33,984 nucleotides of DNA, from contig CAIZMS010000144.1 in the NCBI GenBank assembly GCA_903934155.1, forward strand, positions 1 to 33,984, in the 5' to 3' direction. The notes beneath the pieces are model-generated. The model did no database searches. It had not been told where the DNA came from and worked only from the letters and a program-made list of their open reading frames with translations. This document shows positions 7,801 to 14,676 of this stretch, one piece after another. Both the position numbers and the translations under genes were made by a program. The stretch comes from an uncultured bacterium. Its GTDB lineage: Bacteria; Verrucomicrobiota; Kiritimatiellia; CAIKKV01; CAITUY01. Position 1 is the stretch's first letter; every line of letters begins with the position of its first letter.

Positions 7801-10766
7801 ATACGGGGGCGTTGGGCGCGGGGCCCGTGACCCTGAAGGAGCACACCTGGCTCGGGTGCCCCGACGGCTATGCCGCGCCGGTGCTGATCTCAAATAACGT
7901 GGTATTGGCGGGAACCGGCCTTGCGAACTACCGCATCGGCCCCGGGATGGGAGCCAACCTGACGGTGTCGGGCAGCATCAACGGAACCAATATCGCGGGC
8001 AGCAGCGCGCTATACCTGGGCGGACAGGGACGCGACCTCTGGGTGCTGGGAGAGACGATCCCGACGACCCGCGTCTACAACACGCTCGGAGCGGGCACGT
8101 TCACGCTGGCCGGCGACGTGATGCTCGGCACGCGGACCTTGTATCTGCTCGGCGGCTGGCCCTGTGCGGGCGCCACCACGAACCGGGTGCTGGGCGGCCG
8201 GATCACGGCGGGAAACCTGACCTATAACTATTTCTCCGCGGATGGGTCTTCCATGACGATCATTGGCGGCGATGCGCAGCTGAATCTGTCAGGGTATATG
8301 AATTACTACTTTGTCTGGGCCGCGCCCCTGGTCATCCGGGATACGGCGCAGGTGACGGCGGCCGGGGTGTTGTACGGCTACACGTTGACGATCCGGGACC
8401 AGGCACGGGTCACTTCGGCCGGCATCTATGGGGCGAATAACGACAACAATCCGTCCGTTGCCTTCCTGGGCGGTACCTCGACGGTGAATTACGTCCAGAC
8501 CAGCAAAGTCACCTTTGACGGCGGGGTGCTTGTCGCGCGCGTGGCGAACAACGCCTTCCTTGATATTCCCACGGGTGTCACGGCCTACTCCTTCCTGATC
8601 AACGCGGGTGGCCTGATTCTGGACAGCGCCGGCAGGGATATTGCCATCCCGCGCAATCTGGGGCATGGCGCTGTCACCGTGGACGGCGGACTGGTAAAGT
8701 CCGGCGCCGGTACGCTGACGCTGGGCGGGACCAACACCTACAACGGGCCGACGGTGGTGAAGGGCGGCACGGTGCGGCGGAGCCAGGAGGCTTCCCTTCC
8801 CGCAGGCACGGCGTTGACGGTCGATGGCGGCGGGGTGATTGACCTGGGAGGGTTTCCCCTCAGGGTGGTGTCGTTTAAGGGGAGTGGCATGGTGACCAAC
8901 GGGGAATTGATCATCATGGGTTCCACCACGATCACCAATGGAGGGGCGGTCTTTACCGACAACCTGACGGTCACCAACGGCTTGCAGGCCGCGATGTCGG
9001 CCCCCGGGCCGTTGATGACGGTCGGCGGGACGGCGACCCTGGGCGGAACGCTCGTGTTGAACTTGTCCGGAAGCGCCGTCACGACCAATTTTCTGGTGCT
9101 GGTCCGGGCGGGCGCCATCAGCAACGCGTTTGGTGCCGCGACGTTGCCGTCGGGGTGGGTGCTGGAGTACTCCCCGACGGAAGTCCGCGCGGTTGTTGCC
9201 GCCTCCTATCTGGAATGTCCGTCGGCGGTATCGGCAACCGACGGGAACTTTACGGATCAGGTGGTGGTGGCCTGGTCGCCGGTTCCCCGGGCCGAGTTGT
9301 ATGACCTCTGGCGCCGGCTGGAATCCCCGGAGTATGCGGGAGCCGAATGGATCGGCACGGTGACGGTGACGAATTTTGCCGATACGAATGTGGAGCCGAA
9401 CCGCAGCCATACATACTGGGTCCGCGCGATGAATAGCATGGCGACCAGCGCGGTGAGTGCCGCCGACACCGGGTTTGCTTTCCTGCCCAATACCACCAAT
9501 GCGGTGCCCCTTCGGGAAACGTTCGAGGGATATCGGACCAACGCCCTGCTCGTGGGGCGCAACGGCTGGTATGCCTTGGACCCAACGGCGCTGGCGATCT
9601 CGGAGGCGGCCGAGTTGATCACGTCGCTGGGCACCTATGCCGGCCATCTTCCGGTGCGGACGAACCATGCACGCGTGGCGGTGCTTTCGGATGTGATCAC
9701 CAATCGCATCACCGGGCCGGCGGGGACCAATACGTGGCTGGACATGATGCTGCGAACGGAGAGCCTTGAAGATTCTTCCGCGTGGGATTCCCGCGAGGTC
9801 CAGTGCCGGTTTGCCCTGGAGACCAATGGTCATTTGAAAGCCTATTGCTATTACCTCACGGGAATGACCAATGGCGGGGTCGAATTCGTCCATAGCCCTG
9901 TTGCGCCCTTTTCATGGGCCCGGTTATCTGTCCAATTGGATTACCGGGGGGCGCATCCCGGTTGTCCCGGGCGTGGGTGGTTCCAATGCTATCTCAACGG
10001 CCGGTTACTGACGAATGCTGTGGCGCTGACCCGCCCGGATGCCGGCGGGGTCGCGGGTGGGAGTTGGCTGCCGATGGCGGTCTCGAACGCCGCGCGGGTC
10101 AATTCCTTGATCTGGCAGGGGAGTTCGGTGCTCGACGATCTGGTGGTGGATACGGCCATTCCATACGGGCTTGCCTGGACGGTTCATGCGAGCGCCGGGC
10201 CGAATGGCGGCGTGTCGCCGGCGGGTGACACGCTGGTCTGGAACGGCTCGGGCCTGACGGTGACGATCCATCCGAACCCGTATTACTCCGTCCAGACCCT
10301 CCTGGTGGACGGTCTCGCTCAGGGGATGGCCACCCAGTATGTGTTTGTGGCGGTCACGAACGACCACACCCTGGAGGCGGCATTTGCGGCGAACCTCGCC
10401 ACCAACGGGACGCCCCAGTGGTGGCTGGCCAGTCATGGGCACAGCAATAACTGGGATCTGGCGGCGCTTGGGGATGATGACCTTGATAAGATGCTGAACT
10501 GGGAGGAATATGTGGCGGGGACCGATCCCGAGAATGGCGCGTCCGTTCTGGTCGTCAGCAATCTCCTGTCCCTGGCGGGGGGGCGGGTGGTGTTGGACTG
10601 GCCGAGTGTGGAGGCCCATTACTATGACGTCGAGCGCTCGACCAATATCGGCGCCGGGTTTGTCCCCGTGGCGAGCAATCTTTCGGCGGTTTCGCCGGTA
10701 AACAGCTATACAGACACGGTAAGTTCCGTATCTGTGATGTATTACAGGATTCGGGTTCGTCAATGA
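4887..10766 (+). CDS. Giant secreted multidomain surface protein (~1,960 aa) with Ig-like domains, autotransporter-associated beta-strand (PATR-type) repeats, and FN3-like, LamG-like and InlB-B-repeat-like modules
   Basis: One uninterrupted ORF (track 4848-10766). The start is uncertain: ATG 4887 (MKSTLM...) or in-frame GTG 4980, which would give the cleaner signal peptide (M)RRRKGFIAWGMVLLAWASVAQA|G. WWTTNSGSWGEGSNWLANVVPGSTDRVQF (about 7288-7370) is a typical entry motif for beta-helical repeat regions. LVKSGAGTLTLGGTNTYNGPTVVKGGTV (about 8691-8775) matches the autotransporter-associated beta-strand repeat. MLNWEEYVAGTDPENG lies at 10491-10538. There is no C-terminal beta-barrel or PEP-CTERM. 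Confidence 0.85.
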   Translation: MKSTLMLRDCTQQRRCSSPESRSVAWRVSGLVRRRKGFIAWGMVLLAWASVAQAGTRVLVLGRPEAYQSASEAVFPPSAVASNLSAILTGDSTVPQPVEVRCVDTAHTNSLLDGFKDYTLMSWFYWPNTRTNTLALLRDKWDYVVMMDDPYVLSAFPEYCLEGVLAISREARSAGSQPILVMPWSSTNTPLATFGEMAYRVGDGAGIPVAPAGYAWNAVGEALRDAGTRPTPRGAYVTAATVYSRLFDRNATNSTFVPDGASVADRDALANAAFATVRSEATNSHYSGVYRAPTHFVTPANKKRYIEVADFNSSTESGIANEWGAVFNSAGIQYYRYTSGYQSFPIIGHVIDFCQSRFSQRTFGADSHYGWLADTNYWSNHAAFDYMDDNGGKTMVFGMDRVMYPHPRPEQETGAASLPAAYMDQGGYFVPVRVLWARIRTAHPEFSWQPDGHHMDARFNRGIAVMMYTLLSGRCPVDDEPADKNSDAWQYWFCSKTGYEIAAQHGTLNGRIAGFKIRPRSATATSVTTVSNETLTVRFLYAPTATVSVAVSLDNTNAAIMDPGSLVFTPANYATPQTVSLRATPGASTSEVVTLNFDTHSADSVFDGLNDQWAYTVVRSSTQALSSVFLPALSVTLAEDTPAAVALGVAGAGPGNTVVVGPTHGAYSLTNSLYTPSTNYYGADSFACYVNTGGVLTVRSVALTITNSADGVVLTAPTNGAAYAAVAQIPLRVDGYWDGGRVDYYADGTLLLSASNSPWSGTWTNPVAGSYAVKAVAYDPSGVAVTSAVANLAVTNGGGVWWTTNSGSWGEGSNWLANVVPGSTDRVQFAGLPISGVVTVRLDGARSANRLVFGGTRYTQPNVLMGSDSIGTPALDPSGPQPGSWVVSDGSATQNVMTLTGSGATIEVRDLGAMPSPVAPGPGDYLVRMNASIETSGSLTKEGPGALRLAGTNRIDGGVVVNSAHSGVMVEHTGALGAGPVTLKEHTWLGCPDGYAAPVLISNNVVLAGTGLANYRIGPGMGANLTVSGSINGTNIAGSSALYLGGQGRDLWVLGETIPTTRVYNTLGAGTFTLAGDVMLGTRTLYLLGGWPCAGATTNRVLGGRITAGNLTYNYFSADGSSMTIIGGDAQLNLSGYMNYYFVWAAPLVIRDTAQVTAAGVLYGYTLTIRDQARVTSAGIYGANNDNNPSVAFLGGTSTVNYVQTSKVTFDGGVLVARVANNAFLDIPTGVTAYSFLINAGGLILDSAGRDIAIPRNLGHGAVTVDGGLVKSGAGTLTLGGTNTYNGPTVVKGGTVRRSQEASLPAGTALTVDGGGVIDLGGFPLRVVSFKGSGMVTNGELIIMGSTTITNGGAVFTDNLTVTNGLQAAMSAPGPLMTVGGTATLGGTLVLNLSGSAVTTNFLVLVRAGAISNAFGAATLPSGWVLEYSPTEVRAVVAASYLECPSAVSATDGNFTDQVVVAWSPVPRAELYDLWRRLESPEYAGAEWIGTVTVTNFADTNVEPNRSHTYWVRAMNSMATSAVSAADTGFAFLPNTTNAVPLRETFEGYRTNALLVGRNGWYALDPTALAISEAAELITSLGTYAGHLPVRTNHARVAVLSDVITNRITGPAGTNTWLDMMLRTESLEDSSAWDSREVQCRFALETNGHLKAYCYYLTGMTNGGVEFVHSPVAPFSWARLSVQLDYRGAHPGCPGRGWFQCYLNGRLLTNAVALTRPDAGGVAGGSWLPMAVSNAARVNSLIWQGSSVLDDLVVDTAIPYGLAWTVHASAGPNGGVSPAGDTLVWNGSGLTVTIHPNPYYSVQTLLVDGLAQGMATQYVFVAVTNDHTLEAAFAANLATNGTPQWWLASHGHSNNWDLAALGDDDLDKMLNWEEYVAGTDPENGASVLVVSNLLSLAGGRVVLDWPSVEAHYYDVERSTNIGAGFVPVASNLSAVSPVNSYTDTVSSVSVMYYRIRVRQ

Positions 10767-10800
10767 GCGGAAGCCGATTCGACCGAATGAGGAGGCCTAA

Positions 10801-11235
10801 ATGAAAAAATCAACGTTGGGTCTGCTGGTCATCCTTGCCTATGTAAATTTGCTTCAGTGCCTCTGCCGTCTGAGTCGCGGCCTGGTCTGGGCGGCGCAGT
10901 ATTTGCCCTGCCCGGGTCATCGTCTTTCCGGGTTCCTGTTTCTGGGTGTGCTTTTTTCGATTCCCGCGATTCCATTGTGTGTCGCGTTTTTGCTTCGCAA
11001 GCGGGCGCCGATCACGTATGGGGTTTCGGTGATCGTTGCCACGGTACTGTTGGCCTTGTTCCATTATCACTACGACCTCAGAGTGGATCCTGGGATCGGG
11101 TTGGTTGTGATGATACCGGCAATAGCTGCGGTTACGGGCGTGATTGCCCTTGTCACCGGTGTAGTCGAGGTGTTCGTCAGAGATCGACTCAAGGCAACAT
11201 CCGAGGCGGCCATACGTCCCCCGCCAATCCCCTAA
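10801..11235 (+). CDS. Small integral membrane protein (144 aa, about 4 predicted TM helices), unknown function
   Basis: ATG 10801 is preceded by GAGGAGG (10788-10794). The protein is dominated by hydrophobic segments (LGLLVILAYVNLL, FLFLGVLFSIPAIPLCVAFLL, GVSVIVATVLLALF, IGLVVMIPAIAAVTGVIALVTGVV). GC3 is visibly lower than in flanking genes. Confidence 0.7.
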   Translation: MKKSTLGLLVILAYVNLLQCLCRLSRGLVWAAQYLPCPGHRLSGFLFLGVLFSIPAIPLCVAFLLRKRAPITYGVSVIVATVLLALFHYHYDLRVDPGIGLVVMIPAIAAVTGVIALVTGVVEVFVRDRLKATSEAAIRPPPIP

Positions 11236-11236
11236 A

Positions 11237-11265
11237 TTTTTACGCAGTTTTTACAGAGTTTTTAC
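11237..11265 (+). promoter_or_regulatory. Three TTTTTAC boxes phased at exactly 11 bp (candidate OmpR-type regulator site or phased T-tract bend)
   Basis: TTTTTAC occurs at 11237-11243, 11248-11254 and 11259-11265 (AATTTTTACGC AGTTTTTACAG AGTTTTTACTT). The array starts 2 nt after the stop of the small membrane protein gene and about 170 nt upstream of the STN-kinase-regulator operon. Confidence 0.35.
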
Positions 11266-11432
11266 TTCAGCTTCACCCGCCCCGCCTCTGTGCCCGTCAT
11301 AGTGGCACCATGACAGGTTGCACGACGTATGTTTCCTTGGAACAGGAAGGAGGGGTCGAACCACAGTAGCAAGTGAATTGGCAGTCGTTCTGGATGTGTG
11401 TTACTAATATTAATTCTGACAGGAGAGATCTC

Positions 11433-12203
11433 ATGAGAATAGACAGTGGCGAATTGAGGCGGAAGATGTTGATTGGCCTGGCCCTGATGTCGGCCGGAGC
11501 GCGACTCGGAGCGGCCGAGGGTGAAAAATCGGCCGATCCCTTTGTGAAGGGGAACAAGCCGGCGGTGATGGCTTCCCAAGTCACGGGGGGCGCCAATGAG
11601 GGGAAACAAGGGGTTGAGCGGTTGAGGGAAATTTACATCCCGACCATTGAATTCAGGGAAGCCCGCATAGAGGATGCGATCGAGTTTCTCAGGAACGTGT
11701 TGCTGAAGAATGATCCGAAAAAAGTTGGCGTAAACATTGTTTTGAACTTGCAGGGTGCGAAGCCCCCGGCCATCACGTTCTCGGCAAGAAATATCAGCCT
11801 GTTTCATGCTTTCAAGATCATCACTTCGGTGGCCGGGCTGAAGTATGAAGTCGAAGACAACATTGTGATCATCAGTAGGAATGAGCCGGTCAGCCAGGAT
11901 GAGGCGGTGGCACGGGAGAAGCCGGTCGGGATCGAAAGGCTGGAGAAGATCATCATTCCGGAACTGGCGCTGAGGCAAGCCAACATTGAGGATGTGGTCG
12001 AGTTCCTCAGAAAAGTATCTGTTGAGAATGATCCGCAAAAGGTCGGTGTTACGATTGTTTTGAACTTGCAGGGCGAAAAGCCTCCGCTTATTACGTTCTC
12101 GGCGAAGCAGATTAGCTTGTTCGATGCATTCAGGATCATCACCAAGGTGGCCGGGCTGAAATATCAGCTCGACGATAACATTGTGACAATCAGCAGGGAA
12201 TAG
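11433..12203 (+). CDS. Periplasmic protein made of two tandem secretin-N0/STN-like modules
   Basis: ATG 11433 follows AGGAGA (11421-11426). Signal peptide MRIDSGELRRKMLIGLALMSAGARLGAAEG. Two 90-aa modules (nt 11610-11879 and 11928-12197) share 61/90 identical residues by my hand alignment. Their pattern (IPxIEFRxAxIEDxIEFLR...VGVNIVLNLQG..PPITFSA.NISLF.AF.IIT.VAGLKY...DNIV.ISR) resembles secretin/TonB short N-terminal (STN) or secretin N0 domains. The family call comes from memory of the pattern only. Confidence 0.75.
   Translation: MRIDSGELRRKMLIGLALMSAGARLGAAEGEKSADPFVKGNKPAVMASQVTGGANEGKQGVERLREIYIPTIEFREARIEDAIEFLRNVLLKNDPKKVGVNIVLNLQGAKPPAITFSARNISLFHAFKIITSVAGLKYEVEDNIVIISRNEPVSQDEAVAREKPVGIERLEKIIIPELALRQANIEDVVEFLRKVSVENDPQKVGVTIVLNLQGEKPPLITFSAKQISLFDAFRIITKVAGLKYQLDDNIVTISRE
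11610..12197 (+). repeat. Intragenic tandem duplication (two ~270-nt modules, period 318 nt)
   Basis: GVERLREIYIPTIEFREARIEDAIEFLRNVLLKNDPKKVGVNIVLNLQGAKPPAITFSARNISLFHAFKIITSVAGLKYEVEDNIVIISR versus GIERLEKIIIPELALRQANIEDVVEFLRKVSVENDPQKVGVTIVLNLQGEKPPLITFSAKQISLFDAFRIITKVAGLKYQLDDNIVTISR. Confidence 0.9.
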
Positions 12204-12252
12204 CCGGTTGCGATCGGAAGCGAGGCGCAATAAGAGGGCGGTTGAAACGGGC

Positions 12253-13836
12253 ATGCGGTCATACTCTCCACAGATCGTGTTGGCGTTGCTGGTCGCGGCG
12301 GCTGTCGTCATTTTTGTCGGCGGCAGCCGCTTGTCCCAGCGGCAGGAAAAGGTCCGTGTCGAGCGTGACCGCGAGCCGTTCCGCTTGTTCGCCCTGTCCC
12401 TGCAGGGGGAACTGAACCGGTTGGAGCGGCTGTATGAGTCGCATTTGTGCCGCATCGCGCGGAATATGCCGGTTGAGGACTGCGTCAAGATCATCCCGGC
12501 CTGCAATTGGCTTTCGGGGTTGAAGCAGGTGTCGGTGTTGCCGGTCCGGTCCGAAAGCCCCGTGGCGCCGTTGCATGTCATGATCGATCCGGTCGCGGGC
12601 GAAGGGGTGCCGCGACCGGCCTTCCTGGGGATGGAGCGTGACGAGGGGCTCGGGATTCCTGTGGTCGTTCTGCCGGACGCCGTCCGACAGGCGGAGGTCC
12701 ATGATTCCGGCTGGATTGACCAACCCGGCAGTCCGCCCCTGTTCTGGTACCGCCGGTCTGAGGAGGCCTGCATTGTGATGGTGGTGAAGCGGGAGGTCGT
12801 CGTGGACTGCATGAACCAGTGGATGCGCGAGTGGGTCAAGCGTCATTATGTGCCGATGGATACGGACACCGGCGGCGAAAGCATCATGGGGCCCGGCAAC
12901 TCCCTGCTGGCGGGGTTCGTCGCCGGCTCGCGGGAACTGGAGCGCGCCCCGGATTTTGTCCTCCCGCTAAACCAGCGCTTTGCCTCCTGGCAACTGCTTT
13001 CATGGGACGGTTGGCGGATGCGGGCGTACAGTCATGTCCCGACGGTAGCGGGTTCCGCGGCGCTCGCGGTGCTGGTCGCCCTGATCGGGGCCGGCATTTT
13101 CGCCCAGCAGCGCCGCGAGTTGAAGCTGGCCGAACACCGGGTCTCCTTCATCAACCGGGTCTCCCATGAGTTGCGCGCGCCGCTGACCAATATGCTCCTG
13201 AACATTGATCTCGCCGCCGATACGCTGGAGAACCGCGGCGGCGAAGGGGCCCGCCGCCTGGATCGGGTCCGGGAGGAGGGGCGCAGGCTCAGCCGCCTGA
13301 TTGACAATGTCCTGACCTTTTCGCGCCACGAACAGGGACGGCTTGAACTCCATCCCCGGACTTGTATTCCGGTGGATATTATCGACGCCGTTGTCGCGCA
13401 GTTCGCGGCCGCGCTCGAGCGGCGATCCATCCGTGTGGAGGTCGAAGGCGGGAGCCGGCAGCCCTGTGTCCTCGATCCGGATGCCTTTGCGCAGATTTTG
13501 ACGAATCTGGTCTCGAATGTTGAGAAGTTCGCGGCAGGGGGCGGTTACCTCGGCGTGCGTGCGCGGCTCGAGGAAGGGCGCCTGCTGGTTACGGTGCGGG
13601 ATCGGGGGCGGGGTATTCCGGCCGACGATGAGGATCGAATCTTTCGCGCGTTTCATCGCCTTCATGATGAGACCCGTGAAGGCGCCACGGGAACGGGGCT
13701 CGGGTTGGCCATTGCCCGTGAATTGGCTGAACGGATGGGGGGCATCCTGCGCCTGCTTCCTTCCGATGCCGGGGCCGTCTTTGAGCTGGCGATCCCGTGC
13801 ACGTCGGTTCCGGAAAGGGAGGAGTCTGCGGTATGA
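12253..13836 (+). CDS. Sensor histidine kinase (two TM helices flanking a ~260-aa periplasmic domain; HisKA + HATPase_c)
   Basis: ATG 12253 (the track ORF starts at TTG 12208). TM1 is IVLALLVAAAVVIFVGG and TM2 is VAGSAALAVLVALIGAGIFA. The H-box is FINRVSHELRAPLTNML (His codon 13165-13167). The N/G boxes are LVSNVEKFA, RDRGRGIP and GTGLGLAIARELAERMGG. Confidence 0.9.
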   Translation: MRSYSPQIVLALLVAAAVVIFVGGSRLSQRQEKVRVERDREPFRLFALSLQGELNRLERLYESHLCRIARNMPVEDCVKIIPACNWLSGLKQVSVLPVRSESPVAPLHVMIDPVAGEGVPRPAFLGMERDEGLGIPVVVLPDAVRQAEVHDSGWIDQPGSPPLFWYRRSEEACIVMVVKREVVVDCMNQWMREWVKRHYVPMDTDTGGESIMGPGNSLLAGFVAGSRELERAPDFVLPLNQRFASWQLLSWDGWRMRAYSHVPTVAGSAALAVLVALIGAGIFAQQRRELKLAEHRVSFINRVSHELRAPLTNMLLNIDLAADTLENRGGEGARRLDRVREEGRRLSRLIDNVLTFSRHEQGRLELHPRTCIPVDIIDAVVAQFAAALERRSIRVEVEGGSRQPCVLDPDAFAQILTNLVSNVEKFAAGGGYLGVRARLEEGRLLVTVRDRGRGIPADDEDRIFRAFHRLHDETREGATGTGLGLAIARELAERMGGILRLLPSDAGAVFELAIPCTSVPEREESAV

Positions 13837-14522
13837 TGACGATTCTGATTGCGGAAGACGATCCCGTGACCTTGGATGCCTTGGCGGCGTGCCTGCAGTC
13901 CGCTGGCTATCGTGCCATCCAGGCCCGCGATGGAGCCGAGGCTCTAAAACTCTGGAAAAAACACAAGCCAGATTTATGCTGTCTGGACATCATGATGCCG
14001 AAGGTGGACGGATACGAGGTGTGCCGCCAGATACGGGAGGAAAACAAGACTATCCCGGTTCTCTTCCTGTCGGCGAAGTCGGAGGAGATTGACGTGGTGG
14101 TCGGCTTGAAACTGGGGGCGGATGATTTTATCCGCAAGCCGTTCGGGAAACATGAATTGCTGGCCCGCATCGACTCGATCCTCCGCCGTTCCTCGGCAAG
14201 CGGGGCCAAGGGGCGGAGCACGTTCTTCGCGATGGGCGATCTTGTGGTCTATCCCCATGAATTGCGGGCCGAGCGGCAGGGCAAGACGATCGACTTGTCG
14301 CCCCGGGAAGTCACGATTCTTGAATTGTTGCACGAGCGCGCGGGCGAGGTGGTGCGCCGGGATGACCTGCTGAACCGGTGTTGGGGTCTCGATTACTTCC
14401 CCGAGTCGAGAACCCTTGATCAGCATATTTCCAAGCTGCGGCACCGGATTGAGGATGATCCGGACAATCCTGTTCTCATTGAAACCATCCGAGGCGCAGG
14501 CTATCGCTTCAAGCGCCGGTAA
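13833..14522 (+). CDS. OmpR/PhoB-family response regulator (receiver + winged-helix DNA-binding domain)
   Basis: ATG 13833 overlaps the kinase stop (ATGA) and follows GGGAGGAG. Receiver motifs are ILIAEDDP, DLCCLDIMMPKVDGYEV and LSAKSEE. The C-terminal winged-helix signature is LSPREVTILELL...LDQHISKLRHRIE...IETIRGAGYRF. Confidence 0.92.
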   Translation: MMTILIAEDDPVTLDALAACLQSAGYRAIQARDGAEALKLWKKHKPDLCCLDIMMPKVDGYEVCRQIREENKTIPVLFLSAKSEEIDVVVGLKLGADDFIRKPFGKHELLARIDSILRRSSASGAKGRSTFFAMGDLVVYPHELRAERQGKTIDLSPREVTILELLHERAGEVVRRDDLLNRCWGLDYFPESRTLDQHISKLRHRIEDDPDNPVLIETIRGAGYRFKRR

Positions 14523-14526
14523 GGCG

Positions 14527-14538
14527 TTGTTATAACAA
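14527..14538. promoter_or_regulatory. Perfect 12-bp palindrome TTGTTATAACAA (copy 2): candidate operator and/or extended -10 promoter
   Basis: Identical to 4800-4811. It lies 5 nt after the response-regulator stop and 139 nt upstream of the GH31 start (14677), at the head of the tightly packed 14677-24337 gene string. Confidence 0.4.
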
Positions 14539-14676
14539 GTTCTCTCTGCCTTACCTAGACCTCCGGGCGCCCCAGGCGTAATAATGGGGCATGACGTATT
14601 CTGATGTCCCAAGCCTGCGGCCGTAGTGCCGAGCAAGGCTGAACTCTCCAGCGCAAGACGGAAAGGACTGTATCGA

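Noticed and set aside
4887-10766. A classical type V autotransporter or a PEP-CTERM protein.
   Set aside because: The passenger-type beta-strand repeats are present. However, the C-terminus is a small FN3-like module rather than a ~300-aa beta-barrel, and there is no PEP motif with a TM helix and Arg cluster.
11303-11322. Sigma-54-like promoter TGGCAC ... TTGCA upstream of the STN-kinase operon.
   Set aside because: The two elements are separated by 9 nt (11309-11317) rather than the canonical 5 nt (TGGCAC-N5-TTGCA). The -24/-12 spacing is therefore wrong, and no sigma-54 activator (AAA+ enhancer-binding protein) is encoded nearby.
10857-11369. An alternative-frame 170-aa ORF overlapping the small membrane protein gene.
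   Set aside because: It has no RBS, and its composition is Gly/Arg/Ser-rich and out of frame. The 10801 frame has a strong GAGGAGG RBS and coherent TM helices.
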